Origin: Eledone cirrhosa
Lineage: Eukaryota
Assembly: GCA_964016885.1 (NCBI GenBank)
Contig: OZ024744.1
Span: 2,294,001 to 2,358,000, forward strand
DNA: 64,000 nucleotides
Direction of reading: 5' to 3'
The translations under genes were made by a program, and so were the position numbers. The notes under the pieces are model-generated. The model saw only the letters and a list, made by a program, of their open reading frames with translations. It searched no databases and was not told where the DNA came from. This document shows, piece by piece, positions 39,301-53,000 of the stretch (position 1 is its first letter; each line of letters opens with the position of its first letter).

Positions 39301-42300
39301 TCTTTCTCTACCTTGTCTTCCCTCAAAACGTCTTTCTTCACCAAGCTATCTTTCTCTACCTTGTCTTCCCTCAAAACTTCGATCTTCACCAAGCTATCTT
39401 TCTCTACCCATTCTTCCCTCAAAACTTCGTTCTTCACCAAGCTATCTTTCTCTACCTTGTCTTCCCCCAAAACTTCGTTCTTCACCAAGCTATCTTTCTC
39501 TACCTTGCTTTCCCTCAAAACTTCGTTCTTCATCAAGCTATCTTTCTCTACTTTGTCTTCCTTCAAAACGTCGTTCTTCACCAAGCTATCTTTCTCTACC
39601 TTGTCTTCCCTCAAAACTTCGTTCTTCACAAAGCTATCTTTCTCTACCTTGTCTTCCCCCAAAACTCCGTTCTTCACCAAGCTATCTTTCTCTACCTTGT
39701 CCTCCCCCAAAACTTCGTTCTTCATCAAGCTATCTTTCTCTACCTTGTCTTCCCTCAAAACGTCTTTCTTCACTAAGCTATATTTCTCTACCCATTCTTC
39801 CCTCAAAACTTCGTTCTTCACCAAGCTATCTTTCTCTACCTTGCCTTCCCTCAAAACTTCGTTCTTCATCAAGCTATCTTTCTGTACTTTGTCTTCCCTC
39901 AAAACGTCGTTCTTCACCAAGCTATATTTCTCTACCTTGTCTTCCCTCAAAACTTCGTTCGTTCTTCATCACGCTATCTTTCTCTACCTTGTCTTCCCTC
40001 AAAACTTCGTTCTTCACCAAGCTATTTTTCTCTACCTTGTCTTCCCTCAAAACTTCGTTCTTCATCAAGCTATCTTTCTCTACCTTGTCTTCCCACAAAA
40101 CGTCGTTCTTCACCAAGCTATCTTTCTCTACCTTGTCTTCCCTCAAAACGTTGTTCTTCTCCAAGCTATCTTTCTCTACCCATTCTTCCCTCAAAACTTC
40201 GTTCTTCACCAAGCTATCTTTCTCTACCTTGTCTTCCCCCAAAACTTCGTTCTTCACCAAGCTATCTTTCTCTACCTTGTCTTCCCCCAAAACTTCGTTC
40301 TTCACCAAGCTATCTTTCTCTACCTTGTCTTCCCACAACACTTCGTTCTTCACCAAGCTATCTTTCTCTACCTTGTCTTCCCACAAGACTTCGTTCTTCA
40401 CCAAGCTATCTTTCTCTACCTTGTCTCCCCTCAAAACGTCGTTCTTCACCAAGCTATGTTTCTCTACCCATTCTTCCCTCAAAACATCGTTCTTCACCAA
40501 GCTATCTTTCTCTACCTTGTCTCCCCCAAAAGTTCGTTCTTCACCAAGCTATCTTTATCTACCTTGTCTTCCCTCAAAACCTCTTTCTTCACCAAGCTAT
40601 CTTTCTCTACCTTGTCTTCCCTCAAAACTTCGATCTTCACCAAGCTATCTTTCTCTACCCATTCTTCCCTCAAAACTTCGTTCTTCACGAAGCTATCTTT
40701 CTCTACCTTGTCTTCCCCCAAAACTTCGTTCTTCACCAAGCTATCTTTCTCTACCTTGCCTTCCCTCAAAACTTCGTTCTTCATCAAGCTATCTTTCTCT
40801 ACCTTGTCTTCCCACAAAACGTCGTTCTTCACCAAGCTATCTTTCTCTACCTTGTCTCCCCTCAAAACGTTGTTCTTCTCCAAGCTATCTTTCTCTACCC
40901 ATTCTTCCCTCAAAAGTTCGTTCTTCACCAAGCTATCTTTCTCTACCTTGTCTTCCCCCAAAACTTCGTTCTTCATCAAGCTATCTTTCTCTACCTTGTC
41001 TTCACTCAAAACTTCGTTCTTCACCAAGCTATCTTTCTCTACCTTGTCTTCCCCCAAAACTTCGTTCCTCACCAAGCTATCTTTCTCTACCTTGTCTTCC
41101 CTCAAAACTTCGTTCTTCACCAAGCTATCTTTCTCTACCTCGTCTTCCCCCAAAACTTCATTCTTCACCAAGCTATCTTTCTCTACCTTATCTTCCCTCA
41201 ACACTTCCTTCTTCACCAAGCTATCTTTCTCTACCTTGTCTTCCCCCAACACTTCGTTCTTCATCAAGCTATCTTTCTCTACCTTGTCTTCCCCCAAAAC
41301 TCCGTTCTTCACCAAGCTATCTTTCTCTACCTTGTCCTCCCCCAAAACTTCGTTCTTCATCAAGCTATCTTTCTCTACCTTGTCTTCCCTCAAAACGTAT
41401 TTCTTCACCAAGCTATCTTTCTCTACCTTGTCTTCCCTCAAAACTTCTTTCTTCACCAAGCTATCTTTCTCTACCTTGTCTACCCCCAAAACTTCGTTCT
41501 TCACCAAGCTATCTTTCTCTACCTTGTCTCCCCTCAAAACGTTGTTCTTCTCCAAGCTATCTTTCTCTACCCATTCTTCCCTCAAAACTTCGTTCTTCAC
41601 CAAGCTATCTTTCTCTACCTTGTCTACGCCCAAAACTTCGTTCTTCACCAAGCTATATTTCTCTACCTTGTCTTCCCTCAAAACTTTGTTCTTCACCAAG
41701 CTATCTTTCTCTACCTTGTCTTCCCCCAAAACTTCGTTCTTCACCAAGCTATCTTTCTCTACCTTGCCTTCCCTCAAAACTTCGTTCTTCATCAAGATAT
41801 CTTTCTCTACTTTGTCATCCCTCAAAACGTCGTTCTTCACCAAGCTATCTTTCTCTACCTTGTCTTCCCTCAAAACTTCGTTCGTTCTTCATCAAGCTAT
41901 CTTTCTCTACCTTGTCTTCCCTCAAAACTTCGTTATTCACCAAGCTATCTTTCTCTACCTTGTCTTCCCCCAAAACTTCGTTCTTCATCAAGCTATCTTT
42001 CTCTACCTTGTCTTCCCTCAAAACGTCGTTCTTCACCAAGCTATCTTTCTCTACCTTGCCTTCCCTCAAAACGTCGTTCTTCACCAAGCTATCTTTCTCT
42101 ACCTTGTCTTCCCTCAAAATGTCGTTCTTCACCAAGCTATCTTTCTCTACCCATTCTTCCCTCAAAACTTCGTTCTTCACCAAGCTATCTTTCTCTACCT
42201 TGTCTTCCCTCAAAACTTCGTTCTTCACCAAGCTATCTTTCTCTACCTTGCTTTCCCTCAAAACTTCGTTCTTCATCAAGCTATCTTTCTCTACTTTGTC

Positions 42301-45300
42301 TTCCTTCAAAACGTCGTTCTTCACCAAGCTATCTTTCTCTACCTTGTCTTCCCTCAAAACTTCGTTCTTCACAAAGCTATCTTTCTCTACCTTGTCTTCC
42401 CCCAAAACTCCGTTCTTCACCAAGCTATCTTTCTCTACCTTGTCCTCCCCCAAAACTTCGTTCTTCATCAAGCTATCTTTCTCTACCTTGTCTTCCCTCA
42501 AAACGTCTTTCTTCACTAAGCTATATTTCTCTACCCATTCTTCCCTCAAAACTTCGTTCTTCACCAAGCTATCTTTCTCTACCTTGTCTGCCCCCAAAAC
42601 TTCGTTCTTCACCAAGCTATCTTTCTCTACCTTGCCTTCCCTCAAAACTTCGTTCTTCATCAAGCTATCTTTCTGTACTTTGTCTTCCCTCAAAACGTCG
42701 TTCTTCACCAAGCTATCTTTCTCTACCTTGTCTTCCCTCAAAACTTCGTTCTTCACCAAGCTATTTTTCTCTACCTTGTCTTCCCTCAAAACTTCGTTCT
42801 TCATCAAGCTATCTTTCTCTACCTTGTCTTCCCACAAAACGTCGTTCTTCACCAAGCTATCTTTCTCTACCTTGTCTTCCCTCAAAACGTTGTTCTTCTC
42901 CAAGCTATCTTTCTCTACCCATTCTTCCCTCAAAACTTCGTTCTTCACCAAGCTATCTTTCTCTACCTTGTCTTCCCCCAAAACTTCGTTCTTCATCAAG
43001 CTATCTTTCTCTACCTTGTCTTCACTCAAAACTTCGTTCTTCACCAAGCTATCTTTCTCTACCTTGTCTTCCCCCAAAACTTCGTTCTTCACCAAGCTAT
43101 CTTTCTCTACCTTGTCTTCCCACAACACTTCGTTCTTCACCAAGCTATCTTTCTCTACCTTGTCTTCCCACAAGACTTCGTTCTTCACCAAGCTATCTTT
43201 CTCTACCTTGTCTCCCCTCAAAACGTCGTTCTTCACCAAGCTATGTTTCTCTACCCATTCTTCCCTCAAAACATCGTTCTTCACCAAGCTATCTTTCTCT
43301 ACCTTGTCTCCCCCAAAAGTTCGTTCTTCACCAAGCTATCTTTATCTACCTTGTCTTCCCTCAAAACCTCTTTCTTCACCAAGCTATCTTTCTCTACCTT
43401 GTCTTCCCTCAAAACTTCGATCTTCACCAAGCTATCTTTCTCTACCCATTCTTCCCTCAAAACTTCGTTCTTCACGAAGCTATCTTTCTCTACCTTGTCT
43501 TCCCCCAAAACTTCGTTCTTCACCAAGCTATCTTTCTCTACCTTGCCTTCCCTCAAAACTTCGTTCTTCATCATGCTATCTTTCTCTACCTTGTCTTCCC
43601 ACAAAACGTCGTTCTTCACCAAGCTATCTTTCTCTACCTTGTCTCCCCTCAAAACGTTGTTCTTCTCCAAGCTATCTTTCTCTACCCATTCTTCCCTCAA
43701 AACTTCGTTCTTCACCAAGCTATCTTTCTCTACCTTGTCTTCCCCCAAAACTTCGTTCTTCATCAAGCTATCTTTCTCTACCTTGTCTTCACTCAAAACT
43801 TCGTTCTTCACCAAGCTATCTTTCTCTACCTTGTCTTCCCCCAAAACTTCGTTCCTCACCAAGCTATCTTTCTCTACCTTGTCTTCCCTCAAAACTTCGT
43901 TCTTCACCAAGCTATCTTTCTCTACCTCGTCTTCCCCCAAAACTTCATTCTTCACCAAGCTATCTTTCTCTACCTTATCTTCCCTCAACACTTCCTTCTT
44001 CACCAAGCTATCTTTCTCTACCTTGCCTTCCCTCAAAACTTCGTTCTTCATCAAGATATCTTTCTCTACTTTGTCATCCCTCAAAACGTCGTTCTTCACC
44101 AAGCTATCTTTCTCTACCTTGTCTTCCCTCAAAACTTCGTTCGTTCTTCATCAAGCTATCTTTCTCTACCTTGACTTCCCTCAAAACTTCGTTATTCACC
44201 AAGCTATCTTTCTCTACCTTGTCTTCCCCCAAAACTTCGTTCTTCATCAAGCTATCTTTCTCTACCTTGTCTTCCCTCAAAACGTCGTTCTTCACCAAGC
44301 TATCTTTCTCTACCCATTCTTCCCTCAAAACTTCGTTCTTCACCAAGCTATCTTTCTCTACCTTGTCTTCCCACAAAACTTCGTTCTTCACCAAGCTATC
44401 TTTCTCTACCTTGTCTTCCCACAAAACTTCGTTCTTCACCAAGCTATCTTTCTCTACCTTGTCTCCCCTCAAAACGTCGTTCTTCACCAAGCTATGTTTC
44501 TCTACCCATTCTTCCCTCAAAACATCGTTCTTCACCAAGCTATCTTTCTCTACCTTGTCTCCCCCAAAAGTTCGTTCTTCACCAAGCTATCTTTCTCTAC
44601 CTTGTCTTCCCTCAAAACGTCTTTCTTCACCAAGCTATCTTTCTCTACCTTGTCTTCCCTCAAAACTTCGATCTTCACCAAGCTATCTTTCTCTACCCAT
44701 TCTTCCCTCAAAACTTCGTTCTTCACCAAGCTATCTTTCTCTACCTTGTCTTCCCCCAAAACTTCGTTCTTCACCAAGCTATCTTTCTCTACCTTGCTTT
44801 CCCTCAAAACTTCGTTCTTCATCAAGCTATCTTTCTCTACTTTGTCTTCCTTCAAAACGTCGTTCTTCACCAAGCTATCTTTCTCTACCTTGTCTTCCCT
44901 CAAAACTTCGTTCTTCACAAAGCTATCTTTCTCTACCTTGTCTTCCCCCAAAACTCCGTTCTTCACCAAGCTATCTTTCTCTACCTTGTCCTCCCCCAAA
45001 ACTTCGTTCTTCATCAAGCTATCTTTCTCTACCTTGTCTTCCCTCAAAACGTCTTTCTTCACTAAGCTATATTTCTCTACCCATTCTTCCCTCAAAACTT
45101 CGTTCTTCACCAAGCTATCTTTCTCTACCTTGTCTGCCCCCAAAACTTCGTTCTTCACCAAGCTATCTTTCTCTACCTTGCCTTCCCTCAAAACTTCGTT
45201 CTTCATCAAGCTATCTTTCTGTACTTTGTCTTCCCTCAAAACGTCGTTCTTCACCAAGCTATATTTCTCTACCTTGTCTTCCCTCAAAACTTCGTTCGTT

Positions 45301-48300
45301 CTTCATCACGCTATCTTTCTCTACCTTGTCTTCCCTCAAAACTTCGTTCTTCACCAAGCTATTTTTCTCTACCTTGTCTTCCCTCAAAACTTCGTTCTTC
45401 ATCAAGCTATCTTTCTCTACCTTGTCTTCCCACAAAACGTCGTTCTTCACCAAGCTATCTTTCTCTACCTTGTCTTCCCTCAAAACGTTGTTCTTCTCCA
45501 AGCTATCTTTCTCTACCCATTCTTCCCTCAAAACTTCGTTCTTCACCAAGCTATCTTTCTCTACCTTGTCTTCCCCCAAAACTTCGTTCTTCACCAAGCT
45601 ATCTTTCTCTACCTTGTCTTCCCCCAAAACTTCGTTCTTCACCAAGCTATCTTTCTCTACCTTGTCTTCCCACAACACTTCGTTCTTCACCAAGCTATCT
45701 TTCTCTACCTTGTCTTCCCACAAGACTTCGTTCTTCACCAAGCTATCTTTCTCTACCTTGTCTCCCCTCAAAACGTCGTTCTTCACCAAGCTATGTTTCT
45801 CTACCCATTCTTCCCTCAAAACATCGTTCTTCACCAAGCTATCTTTCTCTACCTTGTCTCCCCCAAAAGTTCGTTCTTCACCAAGCTATCTTTATCTACC
45901 TTGTCTTCCCTCAAAACCTCTTTCTTCACCATGCTATCTTTCTCTACCTTGTCTTCCCTCAAAACTTCGATCTTCACCAAGCTATCTTTCTCTACCCATT
46001 CTTCCCTCAAAACTTCGTTCTTCACGAAGCTATCTTTCTCTACCTTGTCTTCCCCCAAAACTTCGTTCTTCACCAAGCTATCTTTCTCTACCTTGCCTTC
46101 CCTCAAAACTTCGTTCTTCATCAAGCTATCTTTCTCTACCTTGTCTTCCCACAAAACGTCGTTCTTCACCAAGCTATCTTTCTCTACCTTGTCTCCCCTC
46201 AAAACGTTGTTCTTCTCCAAGCTATCTTTCTCTACCCATTCTTCCCTCAAAACTTCGTTCTTCACCAAGCTATCTTTCTCTACCTTGTCTTCCCCCAAAA
46301 CTTCGTTCTTCATCAAGCTATCTTTCTCTACCTTGTCTTCACTCAAAACTTCGTTCTTCACCAAGCTATCTTTCTCTACCTTGTCTTCCCCCAAAACTTC
46401 GTTCCTCACCAAGCTATCTTTCTCTACCTTGTCTTCCCTCAAAACTTCGTTCTTCACCAAGCTATCTTTCTCTACCTCGTCTTCCCCCAAAACTTCATTC
46501 TTCACCAAGCTATCTTTCTCTACCTTATCTTCCCTCAACACTTCCTTCTTCACCAAGCTATCTTTCTCTACCTTGTCTTCCCCCAACACTTCGTTCTTCA
46601 TCAAGCTATCTTTCTCTACCTTGTCTTCCCCCAAAACTCCGTTCTTCACCAAGCTATCTTTCTCTACCTTGTCCTCCCCCAAAACTTCGTTCTTCATCAA
46701 GCTATCTTTCTCTACCTTGTCTTCCCTCAAAACGTATTTCTTCACCAAGCTATCTTTCTCTACCTTGTCTTCCCTCAAAACTTCTTTCTTCACCAAGCTA
46801 TCTTTCTCTACCTTGTCTACCCCCAAAACTTCGTTCTTCACCAAGCTATCTTTCTCTACCTTGTCTCCCCTCAAAACGTTGTTCTTCTCCAAGCTATCTT
46901 TCTCTACCCATTCTTCCCTCAAAACTTCGTTCTTCACCAAGCTATCTTTCTCTACCTTGTCTACGCCCAAAACTTCGTTCTTCACCAAGCTATATTTCTC
47001 TACCTTGTCTTCCCTCAAAACTTTGTTCTTCACCAAGCTATCTTTCTCTACCTTGTCTTCCCCCAAAACTTCGTTCTTCACCAAGCTATCTTTCTCTACC
47101 TTGCCTTCCCTCAAAACTTCGTTCTTCATCAAGATATCTTTCTCTACTTTGTCATCCCTCAAAACGTCGTTCTTCACCAAGCTATCTTTCTCTACCTTGT
47201 CTTCCCTCAAAACTTCGTTCGTTCTTCATCAAGCTATCTTTCTCTACCTTGTCTTCCCTCAAAACTTCGTTATTCACCAAGCTATCTTTCTCTACCTTGT
47301 CTTCCCCCAAAACTTCGTTCTTCATCAAGCTATCTTTCTCTACCTTGTCTTCCCTCAAAACGTCGTTCTTCACCAAGCTATCTTTCTCTACCTTGCCTTC
47401 CCTCAAAACGTCGTTCTTCACCAAGCTATCTTTCTCTACCTTGTCTTCCCTCAAAATGTCGTTCTTCACCAAGCTATCTTTCTCTACCCATTCTTCCCTC
47501 AAAACTTCGTTCTTCACCAAGCTATCTTTCTCTACCTTGTCTTCCCTCAAAACTTCGTTCTTCACCAAGCTATCTTTCTCTACCTTGCTTTCCCTCAAAA
47601 CTTCGTTCTTCATCAAGCTATCTTTCTCTACTTTGTCTTCCTTCAAAACGTCGTTCTTCACCAAGCTATCTTTCTCTACCTTGTCTTCCCTCAAAACTTC
47701 GTTCTTCACAAAGCTATCTTTCTCTACCTTGTCTTCCCCCAAAACTCCGTTCTTCACCAAGCTATCTTTCTCTACCTTGTCCTCCCCCAAAACTTCGTTC
47801 TTCATCAAGCTATCTTTCTCTACCTTGTCTTCCCTCAAAACGTCTTTCTTCACTAAGCTATATTTCTCTACCCATTCTTCCCTCAAAACTTCGTTCTTCA
47901 CCAAGCTATCTTTCTCTACCTTGTCTGCCCCCAAAACTTCGTTCTTCACCAAGCTATCTTTCTCTACCTTGCCTTCCCTCAAAACTTCGTTCTTCATCAA
48001 GCTATCTTTCTGTACTTTGTCTTCCCTCAAAACGTCGTTCTTCACCAAGCTATATTTCTCTACCTTGTCTTCCCTCAAAACTTCGTTCGTTCTTCATCAC
48101 GCTATCTTTCTCTACCTTGTCTTCCCTCAAAACTTCGTTCTTCACCAAGCTATTTTTCTCTACCTTGTCTTCCCTCAAAACTTCGTTCTTCATCAAGCTA
48201 TCTTTCTCTACCTTGTCTTCCCACAAAACGTCGTTCTTCACCAAGCTATCTTTCTCTACCTTGTCTTCCCTCAAAACGTTGTTCTTCTCCAAGCTATCTT

Positions 48301-49414
48301 TCTCTACCCATTCTTCCCTCAAAACTTCGTTCTTCACCAAGCTATCTTTCTCTACCTTGTCTTCCCCCAAAACTTCGTTCTTCATCAAGCTATCTTTCTC
48401 TACCTTGTCTTCACTCAAAACTTCGTTCTTCACCAAGCTATCTTTCTCTACCTTGTCTTCCCCCAAAACTTCGTTCTTCACCAAGCTATCTTTCTCTACC
48501 TTGTCTTCCCACAACACTTCGTTCTTCACCAAGCTATCTTTCTCTACCTTGTCTTCCCACAAGACTTCGTTCTTCACCAAGCTATCTTTCTCTACCTTGT
48601 CTCCCCTCAAAACGTCGTTCTTCACCAAGCTATGTTTCTCTACCCATTCTTCCCTCAAAACATCGTTCTTCACCAAGCTATCTTTCTCTACCTTGTCTCC
48701 CCCAAAAGTTCGTTCTTCACCAAGCTATCTTTATCTACCTTGTCTTCCCTCAAAACCTCTTTCTTCACCAAGCTATCTTTCTCTACCTTGTCTTCCCTCA
48801 AAACTTCGATCTTCACCAAGCTATCTTTCTCTACCCATTCTTCCCTCAAAACTTCGTTCTTCACGAAGCTATCTTTCTCTACCTTGTCTTCCCCCAAAAC
48901 TTCGTTCTTCACCAAGCTATCTTTCTCTACCTTGCCTTCCCTCAAAACTTCGTTCTTCATCATGCTATCTTTCTCTACCTTGTCTTCCCACAAAACGTCG
49001 TTCTTCACCAAGCTATCTTTCTCTACCTTGTCTCCCCTCAAAACGTTGTTCTTCTCCAAGCTATCTTTCTCTACCCATTCTTCCCTCAAAACTTCGTTCT
49101 TCACCAAGCTATCTTTCTCTACCTTGTCTTCCCCCAAAACTTCGTTCTTCATCAAGCTATCTTTCTCTACCTTGTCTTCACTCAAAACTTCGTTCTTCAC
49201 CAAGCTATCTTTCTCTACCTTGTCTTCCCCCAAAACTTCGTTCCTCACCAAGCTATCTTTCTCTACCTTGTCTTCCCTCAAAACTTCGTTCTTCACCAAG
49301 CTATCTTTCTCTACCTCGTCTTCCCCCAAAACTTCATTCTTCACCAAGCTATCTTTCTCTACCTTATCTTCCCTCAACACTTCCTTCTTCACCAAGCTAT
49401 CTTTCTCTACCTTG
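38768..49414. repeat. Near-identical tandem duplication of ~5.3 kb, itself a dimer of a ~2.55-2.85 kb unit (4 copies, continuing to ~50350)
   Basis: ORF pairs 38815/44104 (offset 5289), 39922/45259, 40512/45849 and 41845/47182 (5337), and 43299/48688 (5389). Once-per-unit markers are CACAAGAC (~40382, 43169, 45719, 48558) and TTCACGAAG (~40684, 43471, 46021, 48860). CTTGACTTCC (~38881, 44170) marks the dimer period. Confidence 0.93.
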
Positions 49415-50019
49415 TCTTCCCCCAACACTTCGTTCTTCATCAAGCTATCTTTCTCTACCTTGTCTTCCCCCAAAACTCCGTTCTTCACCAAGCTATCTTT
49501 CTCTACCTTGTCCTCCCCCAAAACTTCGTTCTTCATCAAGCTATCTTTCTCTACCTTGTCTTCCCTCAAAACGTATTTCTTCACCAAGCTATCTTTCTCT
49601 ACCTTGTCTTCCCTCAAAACTTCTTTCTTCACCAAGCTATCTTTCTCTACCTTGTCTACCCCCAAAACTTCGTTCTTCACCAAGCTATCTTTCTCTACCT
49701 TGTCTCCCCTCAAAACGTTGTTCTTCTCCAAGCTATCTTTCTCTACCCATTCTTCCCTCAAAACTTCGTTCTTCACCAAGCTATCTTTCTCTACCTTGTC
49801 TACGCCCAAAACTTCGTTCTTCACCAAGCTATATTTCTCTACCTTGTCTTCCCTCAAAACTTTGTTCTTCACCAAGCTATCTTTCTCTACCTTGTCTTCC
49901 CCCAAAACTTCGTTCTTCACCAAGCTATCTTTCTCTACCTTGCCTTCCCTCAAAATTTCGTTCTTCATCAAGATATCTTTCTCTACTTTGTCATCCCTCA
50001 AAACGTCGTTCTTCACCAA

Positions 50020-53000
50020 GCTATCTTTCTCTACCTTGTCTTCCCTCAAAACTTCGTTCGTTCTTCATCAAGCTATCTTTCTCTACCTTGTCTTCCCTCA
50101 AAACTTCGTTATTCACCAAGCTATCTTTCTCTACCTTGTCTTCCCCCAAAACTTCGTTCTTCATCAAGCTATCTTTCTCTACCTTGTCTTCCCTCAAAAC
50201 GTCGTTCTTCACCAAGCTATCTTTCTCTACCTTGCCTTCCCTCAAAACGTCGTTCTTCACCAAGCTATCTTTCTCTACCTTGTCTTCCCTCAAAACGTCG
50301 TTCTTCACCAAGCTATCTTTCTCTACCCATTCTTCCCTCAAAACTTCGTTCTTCACCAAGCTATCTTTCTCTACCTTGTCTTCCCTCAAAACTTCGTTCT
50401 TCATCAAGCTATCTTTCTCTACCTTGTCTTCCCACAAAACTTCGTTCTTCACCAAGCTATCTTTCTCTACCTTGTCTCCCCTCAAAACGTCGTTCTTCAC
50501 CAAGCTATGTTTCTCTACCCATTCTTCCCTCAAAACATCGTTCTTCACCAAGCTATCTTTCTCTACCTTGTCTCCCCCAAAAGTTCGTTCTTCACCAAGC
50601 TATCTTTCTCTACCTTATCTTCCCTCAACACTTCGTTCTTCATCAAGCTATCTTTCTCTACCTTGTCTTCCCTCAAAACGTCGTTCTTCACCAAGCTATC
50701 TTTCTCTACCTTGTCTTCCCCCAACACTTCGTTCTTCATCAAGCTATCTTTCTCTACCTTGTCTTCCCTCAAAACGTCGTTCTTCACCAAGCTATCTTTC
50801 TCTACCTTGTCTTCCCTTAAAACTTCGTTCTCCACCAAGCTATCTTTCTCTACCTTGTCTTCCCCCAAAACTCCGTCCTTCACCAAGCTATCTTTCTCTA
50901 CCTTGTCCTCCCCCAAAACTTCGTTCTTCATCAAGCTATCTTTCTCTACCTTGTCTTCACTCAAAACTTCGTTCTTCACCAAGCTATCTTTCTCTACCTT
51001 GTCTTCCCTCAAAACGTCTTTCTTCACCAAGCTATCTTTCTCTACCTTGTCTTCCCTCAAAACTTCGTTCTTCACCAAGCTATCTTTCTCTACCTTGTCT
51101 ACCCCCAAAACTTCGTTCTTCACCAAGCTATCTTTCTCTACCTTGTCTTCCCTCAAAACTTCGTTCTTCACCAAGCTATCTTTCTCTACCTTGTCTTCCC
51201 TCAAAACGTCGTTCTTCACCAAGCTATCTTTCTCTACCTTGTCTTCCCCCAAATCTTCGTTCTTCACCAAGCTATCTTTCACTACCTTGTCTTCACCAAC
51301 AACTTCGTTCTTCACCAAGCTATCTTTCTCTACCTTGTCTTCCCTCAAAACTTCGTTCTTCATCAAGCTATCTTTGTCTACCTTGTCTTCCCACAAAACG
51401 TCGTTCTTCACCAAGCTATCTTTCTCTACCCATTCTTCCCTCAAAACTTCGTTCTTCACCAAGCTATCTTTCTCTACCTTGTCTTCCCCCAAAACTTCGT
51501 TCTTCCCCAAGCTATATTTCTCTACCTTGCCTTCCCTCAAAACTTCGTTCTTCATCAAGCTATCTTTCTCTACTTTGTCTTCCCTCAAAACGTCGTTCTT
51601 CACCAAGCTATCTTTCTCTACCTTGTCTTCCCTCAAAACTTCGTTCGTTCTTCATCAAGCTATCTTTCTCTACCTTGTCTTCCCTCAAAACGTCGTTCTT
51701 CACCAAGCTATCTTTCTCTACCTTGTCTTCCCCCAAAACTTCGTTCTTCACCAAGCTATCTTTCAATACCTTGTCTTCACCAACAACTTCGTTCTTCACC
51801 AAGCTATCTTTCTCTACCTTGTCTTCCCTCAAAACTTCGTTCTTCATCAAGCTATCTTTATCTACCTTGTCTTCCCACAAAACGTCGTTCTTCACCAATC
51901 TATCTTTCTCTACCTTGTCTTCCCTCAAAACTACGTTCTTCACCAAGCTATCTTTCTCTACCTTGTCTTCCCCCAAAACTTCGTTCCTCACCAAGCTATC
52001 TTTCTCTACCTTGTCTTCCCTCAAAACATCGTTCTTCACCAAGCTATCTTTCTCTACCTCGTCTTCCCCCAAAACTTCGTTCTTCACCAAGCTATCTTTC
52101 TCTACCTTGTCTTCCCTCAAAACGTCGTTCTTCACCAAGCTATCTTTCTCTATCTTGTCTTCCCCCAACACTTCGTTCTTCATCAAGCTATCTTTCTCTA
52201 CCTTGTCTTCCCTCAAAACGTCTTTCTTCACCAAGCTATCTTTCTCTACCTTGTCTTCACCAACAACTTCGTTCTTCACCAAGCTATCTTTCTCTACCTT
52301 GTCTTCCCCCAAAACTCCGTTCTTCACCAAGCTATCTTTCTCTACCTTGTCCTCCCCCAAAGTTTCGTTCTTCATGAAGCTATCTTTCTCTACCTTGTCT
52401 TCCCTCAAAACGTCGTTCTTCACCAAGCTATCTTTCTCTACCCATTCTTCCCTCAAAACTTCGTTCTTCACCAAGCTATCTTTCTCTACCTTGTCTTCCC
52501 CTAAAACTTCGTTCTTCACCAAGCTATCTTTCTCTACCTTGCCTTCCCTCAAAACTTCGTTCTTCATCAAGCTATCTTTCTGTACTTTGTCTTCCTTCAA
52601 AACGTCGTTCTTCACCAAGCTATCTTTCTCTACCTTGTCTTCCCTCAAAACTTCGGTCGTTCTTCATCAAGCTATCTTTCTCTACCTTGTCTTCCCTCAA
52701 AACGTCGTTCTTCACCAAGCTATCTTTCTCTACCTTGTCTTCCCCAAAACTTCGTTCTTCACCAAGCTATCTTTCACTACCTTGTCTTCACCAACAACTT
52801 CGTTCTTCACTAAGCTATCTTTCTCTAGCATGTCTTCCCTCAAAACTTCCTTCTTCACCAAGCTATCTTTCCCTACCTTGTCTTACCTCAAAACTTCGTT
52901 CTTCACCAAGCTATCTTTCTCTATCTTGTCTTCCCCCCAAAACTTCGTTCTTCACCAATCTATCTTTCTCTACCTTGTCTTCCTTCAAAACTTCGTTCTT

